In this document: in pieces, positions 10,855-20,896 of the stretch | Numbering within the stretch: position 1 is the stretch's first letter | How the letters are laid out: every line of letters starts with the position of its first letter | From: Phenylobacterium sp. | Lineage (GTDB): Bacteria; Pseudomonadota; Alphaproteobacteria; Caulobacterales; Caulobacteraceae | Length of the DNA: 64,000 bases | Assembly (NCBI RefSeq): GCF_013911965.1 | Contig: NZ_JACESE010000009.1 | Coordinates: 69,085 to 133,084 of the forward strand | Direction of reading: 5' to 3' | Position numbers and translations under genes: made by a program | The notes under the pieces: generated by a model | Seen by the model: only the letters and a program-made list of their open reading frames with translations | Databases searched by the model: none | What the model was told of the DNA's origin: nothing

Positions 10855-11088
10855 TCGGTCTGGGCTCCGTTGGCGGCCGGGCGAGGGAGTCGCCCCAGGG
10901 TGCAGTGAAACGCGGCGGTGGCGAACTTAAGGCGCCCGACGATGACGATCACGCCCGCACCCCCGGCGGTAGAACAGGTTTTTCGTCCATCGGGCGCCCC
11001 GGCCCCGTCGCACAGGACGTCCGGGCGCCGAATCGCACAGCCGACGGCAAGATGAATCAGGCGACGTCCGGCGTCACCTATGCCGCTC

Positions 11089-11556
11089 TTATGCCGGCGT
11101 TTCCGGCTCGGCGAAGTAGGGCGCGAGCGCCTGGGCCATGCCTGGCGGCGGCTTGCGGGGCCGGCCGTCCATCCCGATGCAGGCGGCCTGCACCGCGGCC
11201 TGGGCGATCAGGTCGCCGCCGCGCAGGATGCGCTGGCCGATGAAGAGCCGCGGCCCCTTCACGCGGTCATAGACCGTGCGGACCTGCAGGGCGTCGTCGA
11301 TGCGCGCCGGACGCCGGAAGTCGATCTCCATCCGCACGATGGTGAAGGCGGCCGGATCCTCGCGGTCCAGCAGCTCGGCGTGCCGGACGCCGGCCACCCG
11401 CAGGAAGTCCGAGCGCCCGCGCTCGAAGAAGCGGACATAGCTGCCGTGATAGACGACGCCGGTGAAGTCGGTGTCCTCGTAATAGACCCGCACCGGCAGC
11501 ACGTGCTCGCGGCCCTCGATGAAGCCCGCCGAGGGTTCGCCCGGATTGTCGGCCAT
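11089..11556 (-). CDS. ybgC: Tol-Pal associated acyl-CoA thioesterase YbgC
   Basis: RVYYEDTDFTGVVYHGSY hotdog motif; upstream of tolQ. Confidence 0.92.
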   Translation of the reverse strand: MADNPGEPSAGFIEGREHVLPVRVYYEDTDFTGVVYHGSYVRFFERGRSDFLRVAGVRHAELLDREDPAAFTIVRMEIDFRRPARIDDALQVRTVYDRVKGPRLFIGQRILRGGDLIAQAAVQAACIGMDGRPRKPPPGMAQALAPYFAEPETPA

Positions 11557-11628
11557 GCCGCGCCTCCTCTGCTGCGTCCGTCTGGTCTGACCGCAGGTGA
11601 GGGCGGCGGGTCAAGCCGCAGGCGGCCT

Positions 11629-12656
<1,028 letters not shown>

Positions 12657-12660
<4 letters not shown>

Positions 12661-13277
12661 CGGCCGAGCTCCTGCAGCGCCGCCTTGATCAGGGCGGCGG
12701 GCTGCACGTCCTCATCCAGGCGGGCGGCGGCGGCCTCGACCACCCGGCGGGCCTGGGGCTCGGTGACGCCCAGGCCCATCAGGGCGGCGACGGCCTCGCC
12801 TGCGGCCGAAGGCGCCGGCGTCGGCGTCGGCGTTTCGCCGGCCGGTACGAAAGCGCTGACGGGCAGGTCGGTCAGCGCCTTGTCCTTCAGCTCGGTGACG
12901 ATGCGGACGGCGAGCTTGGGCCCCACGCCCTGGGCGCGGGCCACGGCGGCCTTGTCCTGCCGGCCGGCGGCGGCGGCCAGTTCGGCCGGCGAAAGCACGT
13001 CGAGGACGGCGAGCGCGGCCTTGGGGCCCACGCCCTGGATCTCCTTCAGGATCAGGAAGGTCCGCCGCTCGTCCCGCGTGGGGAAGCCGTAGAGGCGCAT
13101 GCCCGCCTGCTCGCTCCACTGTGTCTCGATGTGCAGGACCGTTTCCTCGCCCACGGGCGGCAGGCGCGAGAGGGTGCGCGATCCGCAGCGGACCACATAG
13201 CCGACGCCCATGACGTCGATCAGGGCGTCCTCCTCGCCGATCTCGGCGACGGTCCCGCGCAGGCGTCCGATCATCAC
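12657..13277 (-). CDS. ruvA: Holliday junction branch migration protein RuvA
   Basis: MIGRLRG, DVMGVGY and two HhH motifs (QGVGPK). Confidence 0.96.
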
Positions 13278-13780
13278 GCCACCCGCCTCGCCGACAGGTC
13301 GCGCGCGCTGCGGGCGTGCGCATGGGCGATGGCGACGGCGAGCGCGTCGGCGGCGTCAGCCGTCGCGCCCCCGGCGCCGGGCAGCAGGCGGGCGATCATG
13401 AAGGCCACCTGGTCCTTGTCGGCCGCGCCGGTGCCGACCACGGCCTTCTTGACAACGGTGGCGGCGTACTCGGCCACGGGCAGGCCGGCGCGCGCCGGCG
13501 CCACCATGGCCATGGCCCGGGCGTGGCCGAGCTTCAGGGCGCTGGCGGCGTTGTTGTTCATGAAGGTCTCCTCCACCGCGGCCTCGGCCGGGGCGTGGGC
13601 GGCGACCAGGGCGGTGATCTCCTCGAAGAGGGTCAGCAGCCGGTCGGCGAAGGGCAGCTTGTCCGAAGGCGCGATCACACCGTGCGCCACATGGCTGATG
13701 CGCGCGCCCTGCACGGCGATCACCCCCCAGCCGGTGCGGCGGAGGCCCGGGTCCAGTCCGAGGATTCGCAGGGCGGCCAT
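13274..13780 (-). CDS. ruvC: Holliday junction resolvase RuvC
   Basis: [27 protein letters not shown] and DAADALAVA motifs; ATG at 13780 with GAGA RBS. Confidence 0.96.
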   Translation of the reverse strand: MAALRILGLDPGLRRTGWGVIAVQGARISHVAHGVIAPSDKLPFADRLLTLFEEITALVAAHAPAEAAVEETFMNNNAASALKLGHARAMAMVAPARAGLPVAEYAATVVKKAVVGTGAADKDQVAFMIARLLPGAGGATADAADALAVAIAHAHARSARDLSARRVA

Positions 13781-13797
13781 GGCGTCTCTATAGGTCT

Positions 13798-13812
13798 GTT
13801 CGGGGATTGTTC
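13798..13812 (-). promoter_or_regulatory. LexA (SOS) box upstream of ruvCAB
   Basis: GTTC-GGGGATT-GTTC matches the alphaproteobacterial LexA direct repeat GTTC-N7-GTTC exactly, 18 nt before the ruvC ATG. Confidence 0.85.
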
Positions 13813-13839
13813 CTACCGCCCTATTGGCCGCGGACAGGG

Positions 13840-13854
13840 TTAGCCCCGCGTTAA
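13840..13854 (-). promoter_or_regulatory. CtrA-like site upstream of ruvC
   Basis: On the minus strand it reads TTAA-CGCGGGG-CTAA(C), one mismatch from TTAA-N7-TTAA; TTAA is rare in this GC-rich DNA. Confidence 0.5.
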
Positions 13855-13862
13855 GACGGCCT

Positions 13863-14360
13863 TCAGCCCTTCGGCAGGCCCGGGACCTTGGCCAGGTTCG
13901 GCCGGGGGATCGGGTTCTGGACATCGCCGCGCGACTTGGCGCGGTCGAGCCCGAGTTCGGCCCAGGCGGCGCAGAAGCTGGCGGGCTTTCGCGCGTCGGC
14001 GCGGTCGGTGCGGGCGAGGCTCAGGCCCCGGCCGGCCAGCGCCTTGGCGACCGCCTCCCAGGTCTCCGCCGCCGGCAGCGGCGCGCCTTCCGCATCCTTC
14101 CATCCGGCGGCGCGGCGGGCGCCGAGCTGGCGCACGCCCTCGATCAGCCGCGGCTCGGAGAGGTGCAGGGCGACGGCCTCGCCGGGCGGCAGGCCCTTCA
14201 CCGCCGACAGAAGCGACCGCGCCGCCAGATCCTCGGCGTCCACGTCGCGGAACCCGCCGGCCGCGCCGCTCAGCCCCTCGGCGCCGTGACGAAGCCAGGC
14301 GAATCCGCCGGCCCGGTAGACCGGCTGGTGCTCGGTCTCGATCCAGATCTTCACGCTCAT
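13863..14360 (-). CDS. RNase HI-like protein with degenerate active site
   Basis: Collinear by eye with E. coli RNase HI (GGFAWL ~ GGYGAI; GWKDAEGAPLPAAETWEAV ~ GWKTADKKPVKNVDLWQRL); catalytic carboxylates appear substituted. Confidence 0.7.
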   Translation of the reverse strand: MSVKIWIETEHQPVYRAGGFAWLRHGAEGLSGAAGGFRDVDAEDLAARSLLSAVKGLPPGEAVALHLSEPRLIEGVRQLGARRAAGWKDAEGAPLPAAETWEAVAKALAGRGLSLARTDRADARKPASFCAAWAELGLDRAKSRGDVQNPIPRPNLAKVPGLPKG

Positions 14361-14402
14361 GAGGGGGCGGTCCTTATCACTGCGGGCCGGCGCCTGTCGC
14401 CC

Positions 14403-15101
14403 TCAGTCCTTGCGGGGCGAGAGGTTGTATTCGATGACGCGCCCGTCCTCCCGCAGGCGCTGGGCCAGTCGCTCCACGGCGAGCCGGCCGCTGCCGTGCA
14501 GGGTGGCGCGGTACTCCACCCGGCCCGGCCCGCCGTCGCCGGCCCACAGGCGCTGGGAGACCGCGCCGGTGTGCAGGCCGAACTCGGCCATCAGTTCTCG
14601 GAAGGCGCTCTCGTCGACCGCCTCGGCCCGCCGGTAGCAGACGGCGACGTCCATGATGTTGAGCTGCGGCATGTGGCGGTCGGCCCAGCGCAGCACGCCC
14701 AGCACCACCACCGTCACCGCCGTCCCGCCGATCGCCAGGCCGTAGAAGCCGACGCCGTAGAGGGTGCCCAGCGCCGAGGTGATCCAGAGCGAGGCGGCCG
14801 TCGTCAGGCCATGGACGCTGAGCCCCTGGCGGAAGATCACGCCGCCGCAGAGGAAGCCGATGCCGGTCAGGATGCCGTGGGCCATACGGACGGGATCGAT
14901 GCGGATGATCTCGTCGGTGGCGTTCTCCATCCACTCCATCTGGTGGACGGCGGCCAGCATCAGCAGGGCCGAACTGAGACTGACCAGGATGTGGGTGCGA
15001 AAACCCGCCGGCCGGCCGCGATACTCCCGCTCGAAACCGATCAACCCGCCCGCCAGGACGGCGCCGATCACCGGCAGGATGAACTTGTCGAGCGCCTCCA
15101 T
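14403..15101 (-). CDS. MgtC/SapB family membrane protein
   Basis: IGFEREYRGRPAGFRTH, GILTGIGFLCGG and GLTTAASLW motifs; soluble C-terminal domain. Confidence 0.9.
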   Translation of the reverse strand: MEALDKFILPVIGAVLAGGLIGFEREYRGRPAGFRTHILVSLSSALLMLAAVHQMEWMENATDEIIRIDPVRMAHGILTGIGFLCGGVIFRQGLSVHGLTTAASLWITSALGTLYGVGFYGLAIGGTAVTVVVLGVLRWADRHMPQLNIMDVAVCYRRAEAVDESAFRELMAEFGLHTGAVSQRLWAGDGGPGRVEYRATLHGSGRLAVERLAQRLREDGRVIEYNLSPRKD

Positions 15102-15155
15102 TCCAGGAGAACGCAGAAGGCGCGGCCGAGCTTCCCCGGCCCGCGCCGAAAGCCG

Positions 15156-15902
15156 TCAGCCGGCGTACTTTTCCACGTCCTCGTCGGAGACGTCGTAGTT
15201 GCCGTAGACGTTCTGGACGTCGTCGTCCTCTTCCAGGGCGTCGATCAGCTTCATGAGCGTGCCGACCGGCTCGCCCTCGACGGGCGTGAGCGTCTTGGGC
15301 CGCCAGGCGATGGCGGTGGACTTGGGCTCGCCGAGCGCGGCCTCCAGCGCCTGGGCCACGTCGGACAGGTCCTCGAAGGCGGTGAAGATGGTGTGGGTCT
15401 CCTCGTCGGACTCCACGTCCTGGGCGCCGGCCTCGATGGCGGCCTCCATGACCTTGTCTTCCGAACCCACGGCGGCGGCGTAGACGATCTGGCCCACGCG
15501 ATCGAACATGAAGGAGACCGAGCCGGTCTCGCCCAGATTGCCGCCGTTCTTGGCGAAGATGGCCCGCACATTGGCCGCCGAGCGGTTGCGGTTGTCGGTC
15601 AGGGCCTCGACGATCACGCCCACGCCGCCGGGGCCGAAGCCTTCGTAGCGGACCTCGTCATAGGTCTCGGCGTCGGCGCCCGACGCCTTCTTGATCGCCC
15701 GGTCGATGTTGTCCTTGGGCATGGACTCGGCCTTGGCGTTGGCCACGGCCAGGCGCAGGCGGGCGTTCATCGTCGGGTCGGGCAGGCCCGACTTGGCCGC
15801 CACGGTGATCTCGCGCGAAAGCTTGGAGAACAGCTTCGACCGCATCGAGTCCTGGCGACCCTTGCGGTGCATGATGTTCTTGAATTTCGAATGTCCGGCC
15901 AT
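15156..15902 (-). CDS. yebC: YebC/PmpR family protein
   Basis: [26 protein letters not shown] and DDDVQNVY motifs. Confidence 0.97.
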   Translation of the reverse strand: MAGHSKFKNIMHRKGRQDSMRSKLFSKLSREITVAAKSGLPDPTMNARLRLAVANAKAESMPKDNIDRAIKKASGADAETYDEVRYEGFGPGGVGVIVEALTDNRNRSAANVRAIFAKNGGNLGETGSVSFMFDRVGQIVYAAAVGSEDKVMEAAIEAGAQDVESDEETHTIFTAFEDLSDVAQALEAALGEPKSTAIAWRPKTLTPVEGEPVGTLMKLIDALEEDDDVQNVYGNYDVSDEDVEKYAG

Positions 15903-15958
15903 GGGTCCTGGTTGGGTCTTGGGCTGGCTTTGAAGCTGGCGAAGAAACGGAAGCGCCG

Positions 15959-15987
15959 CTTCTAACGCCGCACAGGGCGCAAGGCAA
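15959..15987 (-). promoter_or_regulatory. Possible housekeeping-sigma promoter of yebC
   Basis: Minus strand reads TTGCCT-N17-TAGAAG, about 57 nt upstream of the ATG. Confidence 0.3.
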
Positions 15988-16014
15988 AGGCCCTGCGCCC
16001 CCGGCCGGCGCCGT

Positions 16015-16806
16015 CTAGCGCGGGCCCTGGCGCTTGCCCACCGGGTGCGACGACGACAGGCCGCCGTCCACGGCGATGGCCTGGCCGTTGACGTAGGAGG
16101 AGTCGTCGCTGGCCAGGAAGAGGGCGGTATAGGCGATCTCCTCCGGGACGCCGGCGCGCTTGAGCGGATTGAGCTGGCCGATCTTGTCCTCGCTGCCGCG
16201 CGAGCGGGCGAAGTCGAAGACCCCCTTGGTCATGCCGGTCTCGATCAGGCCCGGACAGATGGCGTTGACCCGGACGCCGGTGCCGTAGAGCTCGTTGGCC
16301 GCCGTGGTCGCCAGGTTGATGACGCCGGCCTTGGAGGCCGAATAGGAGGCCGGCCCGGCGCCCGACCGGATGCCGGCCACCGAGGCCGTGCAGATGATCG
16401 AGCCCTTGCCGGCCGGGATCATCACCTTGGTGGCGTGCTTGATGGCCAGGAACGGCCCGATCAGGTTGATGCGCAGCACCTCGGTCCAGATCTCAGGCGT
16501 CAGTTCGAAGAAGGGGGTCGGCCCGCCGGTGATCCCGGCGTTGGCGTAGACCGCGTCCAGCCCGCCGAATTCGTCCACCGCGCGCTGGATGTAGGACTGG
16601 ACGAAGGCCTCGTCGCCGGCGTCCCCGGTCATGGCCACGGCCTGGCCGCCATGGGCCTTGATGGAGGCGACGGTCTCCTCGACGGCGTCGGCGCGGTCGA
16701 CGCAGACGACGCGGGCGCCTTCCTTGGCGAACAGGGCGGCGCTGGCGCGGCCGATGCCGCTGGCTGCGCCGGTGACCACGGCCGAGCGGCCTTCGAGACG
16801 TCCCAT
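16015..16806 (-). CDS. Short-chain dehydrogenase/reductase
   Basis: [12 protein letters not shown] and YSASK motifs. Confidence 0.93.
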   Translation of the reverse strand: MGRLEGRSAVVTGAASGIGRASAALFAKEGARVVCVDRADAVEETVASIKAHGGQAVAMTGDAGDEAFVQSYIQRAVDEFGGLDAVYANAGITGGPTPFFELTPEIWTEVLRINLIGPFLAIKHATKVMIPAGKGSIICTASVAGIRSGAGPASYSASKAGVINLATTAANELYGTGVRVNAICPGLIETGMTKGVFDFARSRGSEDKIGQLNPLKRAGVPEEIAYTALFLASDDSSYVNGQAIAVDGGLSSSHPVGKRQGPR

Positions 16807-16842
16807 GAATCTCTCCTTCGGAATGCGGGTTCTGGAATGGCG

Positions 16843-17679
16843 TCAGCCGGCGCGCGCAGCGGCGTCGGCGATGGCGTCGATGAAGGTGTCGTAGAGGGCC
16901 TCCGGCAGGTCGTGGCCCATGCCCGGGATGATGCGAAGTTCCGCGCCGGGGATCGCCGCGGCGGTCGCTTGCCCGCCGGCCAGGGGCACCAGGGGGTCGG
17001 CCTCGCCATGGACGACGACGGTGGGGACCTTCAGCGTTTTCAGCTTTTCGGTGCGGTCGCCGCTGGCGCCGATGGCGCCGCGCTGGCGCTGCACGCCCTT
17101 GGGATTGAAGGCCCGGCGCATGTCCGAGAGCACGCGCTCGCGCAGGGGCGCGTCGGCCCAGGGGTAGGCCGGGCTGCCGATGACGCGCGCATTGCGCACG
17201 CCATGGGCCACGAAGGCCTCCTCGTCGGCCGCCGGGTCGGGCGCCGGCGTGTTCAGCACCGCTGCGGCCTCGGGCGTGGAGTCCAGCGTGCCGGGCGCGC
17301 CGGTGGCCGACATGATGGAGGTCAGCGAGAGCACCCGATCAGGATGCTCGATGGCGACGGTCTGGGCGATCATGCCGCCCATGGAGACGCCCACGATGTG
17401 AGCGCGGCCGACCTTCAGGTGGTCCAGCAGCCCGACGGCGTCGGCGGCCATGTCGGACAGGGTGTAGCGGTCGCCGGACTGGAACCAGGTCGAGAGGCCC
17501 ACGTCGCGATTGTCGAAGCGGATCGCCCGGAACCCCCGGGCGACCAGCTTCTCGCAGAAGGGCGCGGGCCATCGCGTCATCTGCGACCCCAGCCCGTTGA
17601 TGAGCAGGACGGCCGGCGCGTCGTCCGGGCCGAAGGTTTCGTACTCGATCTCGATTCCGTTGGCCTTGGCCCGGGGCAT
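16843..17679 (-). CDS. Alpha/beta hydrolase
   Basis: FDNRDVG, nucleophile elbow GVSMGG, HGEADPLV and GMGHD motifs. Confidence 0.92.
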   Translation of the reverse strand: MPRAKANGIEIEYETFGPDDAPAVLLINGLGSQMTRWPAPFCEKLVARGFRAIRFDNRDVGLSTWFQSGDRYTLSDMAADAVGLLDHLKVGRAHIVGVSMGGMIAQTVAIEHPDRVLSLTSIMSATGAPGTLDSTPEAAAVLNTPAPDPAADEEAFVAHGVRNARVIGSPAYPWADAPLRERVLSDMRRAFNPKGVQRQRGAIGASGDRTEKLKTLKVPTVVVHGEADPLVPLAGGQATAAAIPGAELRIIPGMGHDLPEALYDTFIDAIADAAARAG

Positions 17680-17717
17680 GGCGTCCTCCTCGCTTCGTCT
17701 TTTCGTTTCCGGCCCTC

Positions 17718-18683
17718 TTACGGGACCATCACCACCCGCCCGACGGCCTGACGGCTCTCGATGTAGGCGTGGGCCGCAGCGGCTTCCGACAGGGGGAATT
17801 CGCGGTCGATGACGACCTCCAGCTCGCCCCTGGCGGCGTCCTCGATCAGCTGCTGGATGTTGTCGTGCACGCGGTCCGTGCCGATCTCGGCGCCCAGGAA
17901 GACGCCCGAGAGCGAGCGGTTGCCGCCCATCATCGAGCCGACGTCGACCACCATGGGCTCGCGGCCCGCTGCGCCCACCATGGAGACACGGCCGCGATAG
18001 GCCAGCGCGTTGATCGAGCCCTGCAGGGTCGAGCCGCCGACGGAATCGACGACCACGTCGACGCCCTTGTTGTCGGTCAGGCGCTTGACCTCCTTCACCA
18101 CGTCGTCGCGGGTGTAGTTGATGCCGTGGTCGAGGCCGAGGCGCTTGAGCTTCTCCAGCCGCTCGTCGGAGGAGGCGGTGGCGAGGATCAGGCCCGCGCC
18201 GGCGCGCTTGGCCAGCTGGATGGCGGCGACGCCCACGCCCGAGGCGCCGGCCTGGACCAGCACGGTCTCGCCCTTCTTCATGCGGCCGAATTCGAACAGG
18301 CAGTCATGGGCCGTGCCGAAGGTGACCGGGATGGCGGCGGCCTTGCGCACGTCGAAGCCCTCGGGAATGGGCCAGCAGTTGCGCGCCGGGACCGAGCGCA
18401 GGGCGGCATGGCTGCCCCAGTTGTTCACCGTGGCGACCTTCTGGCCGACCTTCACATTGGTGACCTGCTCGCCGACCTCGATGATCTCGCCGGCGGCCTG
18501 GTAGCCGACCACATGCGGATTGGTCATCAGCGGGCCGCGCCAGCGGTTGAGGGTGTCGCCGCCCTCGATGGCGATGGCCTCGACGCGGATGATGACGCCC
18601 TTGGGGTGGCAGGTGGGGTCGGGAATCTCCTCGTACTTGAGGACCTCGGGACCGCCGTTCTCGTAATAGACAGCCGCCTTCAT
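17718..18683 (-). CDS. MDR family NADPH:quinone oxidoreductase-like protein
   Basis: GGPEVL, AGASGVG and GRVVMVP motifs with no catalytic Zn ligands; ATG at 18683. Confidence 0.88.
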   Translation of the reverse strand: MKAAVYYENGGPEVLKYEEIPDPTCHPKGVIIRVEAIAIEGGDTLNRWRGPLMTNPHVVGYQAAGEIIEVGEQVTNVKVGQKVATVNNWGSHAALRSVPARNCWPIPEGFDVRKAAAIPVTFGTAHDCLFEFGRMKKGETVLVQAGASGVGVAAIQLAKRAGAGLILATASSDERLEKLKRLGLDHGINYTRDDVVKEVKRLTDNKGVDVVVDSVGGSTLQGSINALAYRGRVSMVGAAGREPMVVDVGSMMGGNRSLSGVFLGAEIGTDRVHDNIQQLIEDAARGELEVVIDREFPLSEAAAAHAYIESRQAVGRVVMVP

Positions 18684-18702
18684 GCGCCTTCTCCCTAATG
18701 GC

Positions 18703-18720
18703 TTAAAACAATTGTTTGAG
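18703..18720. promoter_or_regulatory. Palindromic operator (PsrA/TetR-like)
   Basis: TTAAAACAATTGTTTGAG contains the perfect core palindrome AAACAATTGTTT, 20 nt upstream of the oxidoreductase ATG. Confidence 0.5.
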
Positions 18721-18881
18721 GCCTGAGACTTCCCACGCGGGAAGGGCCTTCGCAAGGCGCCCGGGCCCCGGCCGGCCGCACGGGCGGTCGGCATAGTCCG
18801 TTTGGATCATGCGGCAGGCCGCCGCAGGCGTCACGACTCTCCAGGCGATTCAATCTGTTGTCCGTCGAAGGCCGCACCCCC

Positions 18882-20045
18882 ATGCGCCACGAAACCGTCA
18901 GCGCCGCTGTGGGCGCCCTTCTCCTCAGTCTGGCGGCGGCCGGCCCTGCGTCGGCCCAGGCCGACCCCTTCGGCGCCCTTTACGCCCCGCCAGGGGGCGG
19001 CGCGCCGGCAAGGGACGCGTCGTCCGGACGGAGCGGCGCGACCTCGGTGAGCGGCGCGGTGGGCCGTTCCTACGCCAATTCCGAGACCGGTGGGGCGGTC
19101 AGCCTCGCCCAGCTCGACATGATGCCCGCCGATCTGCCGGCCCTGCCGGTGGCCCTCGACGGCGGGGCGACGCGATATCTGAAGAACCGGCCGAAGATCG
19201 CCGTGCCGGGCTACACCATCGGCTTCATCCAGGCCGCCAGCGCCAGCGCCTACGGCGCCGGCGCCGGCCTGGAGCGGAACGGCCGCGCGACCAAGGTCGC
19301 CACGCGCCTCGTGGGCCTGACCGACCAGATGGCGCAGGACCTGACGGACGAGGCCCATGCGGACCTCGTGCGCCAGCTTGAGGCCGCCGGTTTCGAGGTC
19401 CTCGACCTCGGCGCGCTGCAAGTGTCCGAGCGGATGCGCAACCTCCCCCGCTACGCGCAGCCGGTGGGCGGCCAGGGCGTCATCGACAGCCGGGCGACCA
19501 AGGCTTGGGTCGCCTACGGCCCCCGCGCCCTGCCGCCGATCAAGGGCTACGCCTTCGAGCAGGGCCTGGGCGCGGTGGCGGCGTCCGGCGCTCTGCTGAC
19601 CTTCGGCAAGGCGAGCCAGGAACTGGACGCCGTCATCGTCAATCCGCGGCTGATGATCGACTATGTCGATATGGAGAGCAGCGGGCGGCGCACCTTCAGC
19701 GGCTCGGCTTCGGTGGACGCCGACCTGCGCTTCGCCATCCATCCGCTGAGCCGCATCGACTTCGTCTGGGGCAACGACCACGGCGGCGCCATGCCCGGCT
19801 GGTTCACCACCAAGGGCGCCAGCTCCCCCCAGCCCTTCGGCATCCTGGCTCAGACCGCCGACCGCTCGGACTCGGTCGCCATGCACAACGCCCTGGTCAC
19901 CGTCGGCGTCAACTCGGTCTACCGCCAGAGCCTCGTCTTTGACGCCGAGGTTTCGCCCCGCCGCTACAGCGCGCTCGCCCGTGCGGCCTATCGCGGCTTC
20001 AACGCCGCCCTGGTCGCTGAAATCCGCAAGGCGCGCGGCGCATGA
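18882..20045 (+). CDS. Secreted/periplasmic protein of unknown function
   Basis: Sec-type signal peptide ending ASA-Q, Gly/Ser-rich linker and a folded alpha/beta region; typical codon usage. Confidence 0.8.
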   Translation: MRHETVSAAVGALLLSLAAAGPASAQADPFGALYAPPGGGAPARDASSGRSGATSVSGAVGRSYANSETGGAVSLAQLDMMPADLPALPVALDGGATRYLKNRPKIAVPGYTIGFIQAASASAYGAGAGLERNGRATKVATRLVGLTDQMAQDLTDEAHADLVRQLEAAGFEVLDLGALQVSERMRNLPRYAQPVGGQGVIDSRATKAWVAYGPRALPPIKGYAFEQGLGAVAASGALLTFGKASQELDAVIVNPRLMIDYVDMESSGRRTFSGSASVDADLRFAIHPLSRIDFVWGNDHGGAMPGWFTTKGASSPQPFGILAQTADRSDSVAMHNALVTVGVNSVYRQSLVFDAEVSPRRYSALARAAYRGFNAALVAEIRKARGA

Positions 20046-20092
20046 CCCGCGCCGCGCCTGTCCCCATCCACAAGCTGTTCGGAGATCAACCC

Positions 20093-20686
20093 ATGAAGCG
20101 CCTGCTTTGCGCCACCGCAGCCCTGCTGGCCGTCGCCGGCGGCGCCGTCGCCCAGACGGCGCCCGCCGCACCCGCCGCGCCCGCGACCCCGCCGGCCACG
20201 GACCCGGCCGGGGCTGTTCCGGCGCCGGCGCCCGCGCCCTCCGCGGCGCCTGAGCCGCTTGCCGCGCCCGCGGCGCCGGCCGCTCCGGCGATCGATCCCA
20301 ATATCTATCAGGTCCTGCGCCCGGGCGACCGGCAGATGAGCTGCGCCCAGCTCGGGGCCGAAGCCAACACGCTCAACGCCTTTCTCATGACCCAGCAGCA
20401 GGAGCAGGCCCGGCAGGCCCAGCGCGCCAAGCAGGGTCGGGGCGTGATGGGCGGTCTGGCTGGCGGCGTGCTCGGCGGCGCCGCGCGCTATGGCCTCGCC
20501 CGCGGCATGGTGGGCGGGGCCTTCAGCCCTTATGCGGCCCAGGCCATGGCGTCCGTGGCCGAGTCCTCGTCGCAGGCGGTGGGCCAGGCCATCGCCCAGG
20601 GCGGGGATGTCCCCGTCGCCACCGTCTCGCCAGAGCAGCAGCGGATGAACCACCTGCTGGTCATCTACCGCGAAAAGGGCTGTTAG
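20093..20686 (+). CDS. Secreted protein with Pro/Ala linker and Gly-zipper-like segment
   Basis: GGAGA RBS, signal peptide MKRLLCATAALLAVAGGAVA, two Cys (MSCA and terminal KGC) and GGLAGGVLGGAA. Confidence 0.8.
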   Translation: MKRLLCATAALLAVAGGAVAQTAPAAPAAPATPPATDPAGAVPAPAPAPSAAPEPLAAPAAPAAPAIDPNIYQVLRPGDRQMSCAQLGAEANTLNAFLMTQQQEQARQAQRAKQGRGVMGGLAGGVLGGAARYGLARGMVGGAFSPYAAQAMASVAESSSQAVGQAIAQGGDVPVATVSPEQQRMNHLLVIYREKGC

Positions 20687-20689
20687 GAG

Positions 20690-20785
20690 CGTCACATCCT
20701 CTGCTGTGACGTAGCCGGGCTTGGGGGAGTACCGGCCTCATCCTGACGGAGAGAGCGCAGTCCTTGGCTGCGCTCTCATTCGTTT
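20690..20785 (+). ncRNA. Candidate structured small RNA (three stem-loops)
   Basis: Three hairpins: CGTCACA/TGTGACG, GCCGG/CCGGC and GAGAGCGCAG/CTGCGCTCTC, followed by ATTCGTTT; strand uncertain. Confidence 0.4.
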
Positions 20786-20896
20786 GCGCCCTTGCGACGG
20801 CCCTTCGCCTAGCCTTCCCTTACGGCGCCCTTTCTAGAAGCGGGGGCATTCATCGCGGCCTCCCCGCCGCGCCCGCATTCATTCGAGGAATTGCCC

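Noticed and set aside
10855-11088. Long tolQ leader as a possible riboswitch or ncRNA
   Set aside because: No recognisable riboswitch consensus or convincing multi-stem structure was seen.
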